Made by a program: the position numbers and the translations under genes. The notes beneath the pieces were generated by a model, which saw only the letters and a list, made by a program, of their open reading frames with translations, searched no databases and had not been told where the DNA came from. A stretch of 55,000 nt of DNA, filler included, from Porpidia crustulata (lineage: Eukaryota), in the NCBI GenBank assembly GCA_964255105.1. It is 4 parts of 4 records of this genome, joined end to end, with 100 filler letters (N's around TTAATTAATTAA, not from the genome) between each part and the next. Parts side by side here need not be neighbours in the genome. Positions count along the whole stretch, not along the records: positions 41,336 to 55,000 come from CAXUWE010000423.1; 3 more parts are not named here. The stretch is one strand, 5' to 3'. Each line of letters opens with the position of its first letter. The first letter of the stretch is position 1. Of the stretch, positions 47,808 through 55,000 are shown piece by piece.

Positions 47808-48983
47808 ATGGCCCAAGAAGTCGACGAGACCAGACCCAATCCTGAACCGTCTGCCTATGCCACCAATGCTGTTCTTAGACCTTCAGACCCAGTCCCAGAC
47901 GAGGCGCGAGAGGTCACAGGTATTGAGTTCAATGATTACAGAGGCCAAGACATATCCGCCCGGGAGTTGGTTGCGGGAATGGCAAATATGGGGTTCCAAG
48001 CCACGGCCGTGTCAAATGCTGTCCAGATAATCAACGATATGGTAGGACACTATGTTGCCTCTTAATGGCTCGAAAATTGACCACAGGTTAGAGGGCATGG
48101 AGAGACCCTGAAACCGGAGACAAGAATACCATTTTCCTTGGCTACACCTCAAATTTAATTTCTTCGGGCCTTCGCGAAACTATACGCTATCTGGTCCAGC
48201 ACAGACACGTGTCGGCCATTGTTACAACAGCTGGCGGTGTGGAAGAGGATTTGATCAAATGCTTAGGGCCCACTTACCTAGGCTTATTCTCTACTTTGGG
48301 CGCAGGCTTACGTGAGAAAGGCATGAATCGCATTGGAAACCTGATAGTTCCGAACAGTAATTATTGCGCCTTCGAAGACTGGGTCGTCCCGATTCTTGAC
48401 CAGATGCTCCAAGAACAAGAAAGCTCCAAGGACGACGAAGAACCTTTGGTCTGGACCCCAAGTAAAGTCATCCATCGCTTAGGCAAAGAAATCAATAATG
48501 AAGCATCTGTCTGTTACTGGGCATACAGAAATAATATACCTATTTTCAGTCCAGCATTGACGGATGGTAGCTTCGGCGACATGCTCTATTTCCACACTTT
48601 CCGATCGTCCCCTAAAATACTGGATATCAGCATAACTCGAGATATTCGGAGACTCAATGACATATCCATCCACGCAAAGCGAGCTGGTATGATCATCCTG
48701 GGCGGAGGTCTCGTTAAGCATCACATAGCAAATGCGTGCTTGATGCGTAACGGAGCGGAAAGTGCAGTTTACATTAATACTGGACAGGAATTTGATGGTA
48801 GCGATGCTGGGGCTAGGCCCGATGAGGCTGTCAGCTGGGGAAAGATCAAAGCCAACGCCGAAAGTGTAAAGGTACTCGGTCCAAAATCCTTGATGTTCTT
48901 CTACACTAACAACTCAGGTGTACGCTGAAGCCACGATAGTCTTCCCGCTCATTGTGGCTGCTACGTTCGCTCAGGCGACTTAG
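47808..48983 (+). CDS. DYS1: Deoxyhypusine synthase; introns ~48042-48091 and ~48872-48917
   Basis: [100 protein letters not shown]. Confidence 0.96.
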
Positions 48984-50131
48984 ATACAGCCGCGTGGATA
49001 TGCATCAGGAATGGAAGACACCGATAATAACGACATTTTTTGCAGCTGGCATTGAACGTGGACAGTGGACATGGATCCAATCCTAGCCAAGAATTGCACG
49101 ACATACCATTAACTCGTACGACGTCGACGACTTAAAGATGTGTCAGTCAACGAGATATTGCGTAAGCCAAACAGCCAGAGAATGGTGGCTCTGGTGGTGT
49201 ATTCGACAACATTAGAGGACGCGAGGGAAAGGTTTAACGCTCCTTTTGTCGAGTACCAGACTTGGTTATCTGTTGATCTGTAGGCGTCAGTCCGAGGCGT
49301 CAACGCCATCTGTTCTATGAATTTCGCGGCCATGGTCGTCTATGATGGAAAGCCAAGGACCTGAGCTCGGTGTCGTTCGAAGCTAGTTGGGTTTTGGCAT
49401 ATCTTGAACCCCACGGCGCACATCGATCATGCCCTGTATCGGAACAATACAAACTTCGCCATTACTCGCAGTAAATCATACTCAAAACAGTAGAAAATCA
49501 TCGTGGACATTCGGTATACCTCGCGCTGTATCGCAGTCAGTGAGATGGGCTTTTTGTAGGTCCCCGAGGTCCATCATACTTCGCCCAACACCTTCGCCTT
49601 CCCTCCCCTGCCACGCCTGTTTGATGCTATCTTAGTGGTAGCCTAACAGCCCTATATGATAGCGTTGCCCGACTCGCCGACTCCCGTTGATGGCTGCAAG
49701 AGCTGCCTGCCCTGCCAATACATCTTCCCCATCCATCCAGTTGCCTGTTATTGGCGGTGAGCCTCATAGCATCTTAGCCTCACTTCTACTCCCAATACTT
49801 ATTCAATTGATCAACACGAATTCCCACCAACTTGCTCATCTTCGGTACTGGTTTTGTCACTGACTGTCAAGACTGAAGGTTATCCATATCTTTAAGAGTC
49901 TATTCACATGTTGGCGAACACCGCCATGCTACAACGCTGACTTTTTTTGACTCATTGTTCACCTGTGCTGCCTGCGTCCAGTCCGACGGAGACATTGCAC
50001 GAATGAATCACCGCAAACATAACGCTTCTTCATTTCCATGTCACTTACGTATCCGCGCTGGAATCCGCTGATTGTCAATTCACGGTGTCCTCCTCCCTTC
50101 CCCTCTCTGTCACTCATCCATTCGCTCCACC

Positions 50132-53100
50132 ATGGACATTGCCGTCACTTCGCCTATCAGTGGTTCAGAAGCTCAGCATCATCCTTTTAATACCCTACAC
50201 CTCAGCCCAGAGCAATCACCATCTCCCACGCAACAGCGCAGACATGTTCAATATTCCTCGCCGGAAACCCCACCACCATTATCTCCCCGCCTTCTCTACG
50301 AAACGGCTGTCAACCATACTCTGCGTTCATCACCACAAAGTAGCCGAGAGGCAGCTTTGATAGGCCAACCAGCTTTCACGACACCTTCCACAATGGAGGC
50401 CTCTGCGACACGATCTTTACCAGCGATCGACGGACAAAACCATGATAGAATGGAAACGGATACGGAGAGTGGCGACTCCAGCTCTGAAGGCGAAGTACAA
50501 GAGCCGCTAGAGACTGCCACTGGTATAAGCTTGATAGAGGTAGAATCGCTGGAAGATGGTGAGATCATGGACACGCGACCTGACAGTGTGACGCCTGAGG
50601 CTCCTCCCATAGGTGGTGAGTAAGCAGTGCAACATCTTGGCTAAATTTTTGGGGCATTGCGTGATTGACAGTCAATCACAGTGGAAGAAATAGGAGTCGC
50701 GTATGGTGTCTCAGCCGTAGTTGCCTCGAGTAGCGCAAACCCACATCTTGTCCGAATTTCATCCAATGGAAGTAGCATTGATTCCAACACCGATGACCTG
50801 AGACTCCGTGATGTCGACTTCACTCGTCCAGTCGATCCACATGCCGCCTCGGTCCCTATTCCTAGTCCGCCCCCACCACCTACAGATTTTGCTAATCCCA
50901 TAGGCACACCGAATCAGTCTGTCGTCGGTTCTGGCGGAGATACACAGCTAGCTGCGACACGGGCCGATGAAGATGAAAGTCACGATGAGGATTCCGACGA
51001 AGAAGATATCCCCTATTGGGCAAATTTTAAGGAAGATAACTCCAAGCCTGATCAACAGGAGCTTAAGGTTATAGAAGCTTCGAAGGAGGTTGACGCTCTT
51101 GACTGTGCGTAGATATTCTGTTCTGCCCTGCTGGATTAACGCTTAGTCACTGACTTTTGATAGATGACTACTGGGAGCGTGCCACTTATGAAGCACTTGA
51201 TGATCCAGAATTTGTTTCCGGTGAATCAGGACGTATCGTGTGGACTGTAAAAGGAGTGAATGGGACACCGGAGAAGCCGAGCAAGGAAACAGTGCTGAGG
51301 TCGCCGTCAGTATTGATTGGGGGCTACTATTGGAACATCAAGTATTTCCCACGGGGCGATGAGGGGACACAGTACATGAGCGTCTTTGTTGAGTGTTCGA
51401 CAGCTCCTCGTGAAGAGGTAAGCGATGAGGGAATTAAAACCGCAATACCAATTCAAGAGGCATACGGCAGCGGAGAGCCTCGGTCTGGACAATTTAACGA
51501 AGCGCCTGCCTCGAGTACCAGGCCTTCTGATTCAGCGGCGCCCGTAGTAGCAGTTGGAGCTGATCTACCTCCTGGTCCTTCAAACTTAGCGCCCGTGGAC
51601 AATGAGCGGTGGGATGTGGCCGCGCAGGTTGGATGCGTTGTCCATAACCCCGGTGAACCTCGAGTCCATGCAAGCCAGACAAGTAGCCATCATTTTTACC
51701 AAGATTATCCCGACTTTGGTTGGATTAGGTTCCATGGACCATGGGATGAGATACATAAGCGTCAGCGCTTCCAGCGACAAGCTCTTCTGCAAAACGACAC
51801 GCTTGTATTTACAGCCTATATCCGTACGGTTATTGATCATACATTGGCTTTGTGGTGGCATGCACCAAAGGACACGTATAAGTGGGACTGCCTAGTCAGA
51901 ACAGGACTCAGACAAATTACCACTGGGATTTTGAATTCAAGTGCTCTCATATCTGCTGTTACCACTTGGTTGAATTTAAGAACAAATGCTGAATTGATAA
52001 TCAATATGCACATTCCAGATCCCGTTGAAGAATCCAAATCACGGCCACGCCCTTTATTCTTTGCGTTGAAGCATTTCACGTCTAACTACTACTACAAGAA
52101 AACTCCTCGTGATCCTGAAGCATCTTTGAATGGTGTCATGAAAGCCATGGACTGGTACGGTACTGAGATAAATTCAAAGATGGATGTCGTCGCCATTTGG
52201 GAAAGCATTCGGCGAATACTTAATTATGAAGCATCTGATGATTACGACATTGGAGACGCGAAGGATTTGTTCGAGGACGTCTTAATGCTAAAACAACCAG
52301 ACCCATGGAAGGACGAACGGCCTATCCTTGGTGAATCTGTTCCAGATGGGTCAGACGAATTACCTTCTTTTACCGAGCCGCAAAGCGTGCAGGAAACTTT
52401 CAATGTCGCTGTCACGGGGACATCAATAATCTCCAGACGCTGGGATGAGTCTCGAGTAGAGCAGATATTATCTGCAAACCCGTCAGTTTTGCAGGTAGAA
52501 CTCCATCGGCAAAGTTATGATAAAAAACTTCGACAGTGGAGGAAACTAGCACACCAAATTGAGATTAATGAAAAGCTCATTTTCGCTTCACCTACGTCAG
52601 ATCAGAAGCGCGAGTACACGCTCAATAGTCTAATCGTTCACTCGGGCGAGCTAGAATCTCAGAATTATTCGGCCATAATTCGCTTACCACGAAACAAAGA
52701 TGTACAGTGGGTGAAGTTCGCCGGAGAGCAGGAAGAGAAAAGCGTTGAATACTTGACGAGGAAGCAGGCAATTACGTCGCATGAAGGCGTCGGAGAGCAT
52801 ACTATAGGAGATGCATCAGTAGCTTATATTGCTGTGTACGAGCGCAACAATTCTATCTCACTGCTCTTTCCCGCGCAACCCGATAACTCGAAGGCTTCTG
52901 AAAATCGCGAGAACACAAGTACTTCCGTCGGAGAGTCGATCGAGCAAAGCTCATTCCAAGCCGAATCTACGGGTGAGCAGCAAAAAGATGATAGGATTCT
53001 ATCAGTGCACGCATACCCGTCGACATCATTCATAAATCATACCGGCCGAGGATTTCTTGATGTCAGACCTAAGCTTGGAGAAGGAGTATTCGAGTTGAAA

Positions 53101-54533
53101 ATGTCCGCTGCAACACCTGTCTCTGATGTCATCAACGAGATCATTGACCGTGTAAGGAGTGCAAATAAAGCAGGAATGCCGCAACAAGCCCACGTGTATG
53201 CTTTAGATTTAGATATTGGTAATGGGCAGTATACACGAGTCTCACCAGGGTTGTTGTCCCAAACCAGCGAGGAACTAGGTGATTGCACATTGGGAAGTTT
53301 TGCGCATACCCATAAAGGATGCCACTTTTGGCTTCATGACACGCCTGCCAAGGACAAGTCGACGACTACTATTAAAGCGCGCAAAGACGCGTCGCAGATG
53401 GGCGTTAGCCCTAATTCCCTGAACGAGGCTCCAGTCAGCGAAGTCCAAGCTCCCCAAGACACAGCCAGTGAGTTACCGGACACGAACGGCGAGCAGGATC
53501 AACATGCTTCCCAGAGCACAAGCGCTGTTCTAGACGGAGACACCGTCATGGACGGTGTAACAGAGCCGCCACGAGTAAACCCCGTTGATGTATCATCGAT
53601 CGCGCAGCCAAGTCCTCAGACTGCCGAAGAGGATGAGGAGGAGATTTACACTTATATTTTTGTCAAAATATTTAGCCACCTAGATCAGACGTTAGTTGGG
53701 AGTGGAAGCTACTATGTCAAAATGGAGGCAAAGATCAACGACACTATCCAGAACTTTCTAGGACCTGATTACAACGACGCGATTAACGTCTACCGAGAAC
53801 ACGGCCTCACACTCTACGACGATGATATGGTCAAGTCAAGTTGGACGTTTTCGGATGTGGATGTTCGTGACGGGGATATTTTTATAGCCCAACGCCCACC
53901 TTCAGCGGCCGAGTATGTATCACGCTTCTTAATTTGTGATAGCATCACTACTAATAATCCTCCCTCAGAATTGTTACGCTTGAAACCTCCGGTAAGTGCC
54001 CCTCTCCAATCTCATACTTCAACTTCCTCCGACACAACGACAACCCTGCCTACTCCCTTTCCCACCGTACCTCTGCCTACTTCTCCTCCCCGTACCTTTC
54101 TACCGCACAGTCCTCCGGTCGCCCTCACGGGTTTGGCACACACATTTCTCTCTCGGGCGACGCCTACGTTGGTAACTTCAGCGCCGGGGCCAAATCCGGT
54201 AATGGCACGATGGCCTTTTCCAACGGCGACACCTACACGGGCGCCTGGGCGGACAACGAACCCAACGGCCAAGGGAAAATGGTGTACGCAAAGACGGGGA
54301 ACACGTATGTGGGTGGGTTTCGTAAGCGTAAGAGGCACGGCAAAGGAACTATGACGTACGAGGTCGCCGACGAGGAGATGCAGCTGTGCCGGATCTGCTT
54401 CGAGCAGGAAATGGACGCGCTATTCTACGATTGCGGGCACGTGGCGGCGTGCGTAGAGTGCGCGAGGCAGGTCAGTGCGTGTCCGGTTTGCAGGAGAGGG
54501 GTCCGGGCTGTGGTCCGGATCTGGAGGACTTGA
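50132..54533 (+). CDS. MATH + USP(UCH)-like + MORN repeats + C-terminal RING protein; introns ~50616-50681, 51105-51163, 53913-53968
   Basis: MATH SPSVLIGGYYWNIKYFPRG...DFGW; USP-like VLQVELHR and YTLNSLIVHSG; MORN GDTYTGAWADNEPNGQGKM; RING CRICFEQEMDALFYDCGHVAACVECARQVSACPVCR. Confidence 0.87.
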
Positions 54534-55000
54534 GGCGTACCGGGAGAAGCGAAACGGCCGTTGCGGCTGAACGCGGACACAATCAAAATAGAGCCAAGGA
54601 AGCTTGCGGAAGGTGGCGGGGATGGAGGGGTGTGGATGACGAGTAGATACAGAGAAGATAGAACAGAGGCGGTTGAGCATGAGCAATATGAGTCAACGAT
54701 GAGCAGTTCCATGAGGGGGCAAGGTGTTTGGGCACGGCGGTGATGCAACGGCGTTGGCATATGTATTGTTGTAGCGAGAAGTGGATAGAAGCAGTTTTTT
54801 TTATCTGATCCTCGGCGGTGCGTGATCGATTGGTGATGGCGATCGTATGAAGATGTACATCGGAGAATGATTTGCGAAACATAGCATCCGATTGCTTCCT
54901 CAGCGCGTCATTCCTCACTCCTTCAATATCCAAACCCCCCTTTCCCAACGGCCCCTCCCTCCTCCGTCCCCACGCTGGAAGCTCGAAAAAAACGAAAGAT

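Overview
Intron-rich filamentous ascomycete (Pezizomycotina) DNA. The window is four unrelated-looking ~13.7 kb contigs joined by artificial 100-bp N44-TTAATTAATTAA-N44 linkers (13686-13785, 27464-27563, 41236-41335), so neighbourhoods across gaps carry no meaning. Most genes are housekeeping: myosin light chain, NOT2, mitochondrial uL29m, Rab GDI, SMC2, an amidase, MOCS2A/cnxG, mitochondrial RNase II (cyt-4/DSS1), a RecQ/Sgs1 helicase, a Kel3-like kelch protein, an Snt1-like SANT protein, deoxyhypusine synthase and a MATH-USP-MORN-RING protein. Best leads: (1) a ~1.15 kb highly base-paired non-coding region (about 22645-23782) with telomerase-RNA-like architecture, including a possible non-canonical template and a 3' ATAAGT/branch/TAG element; (2) a secreted, Kex2-processed, repeat-propeptide protein with a CNF1/CheD-like Cys-His deamidase motif, divergent from an ankyrin gene (possible toxin/partner pair); (3) a 720-bp TA-flanked MITE with ~215-bp TIRs in the SMC2 promoter; (4) a frameshifted BTB gene; (5) a USP7-like domain lacking its catalytic residues, fused to a RING finger. 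All calls come from manual reading; no folding or database searches were run.
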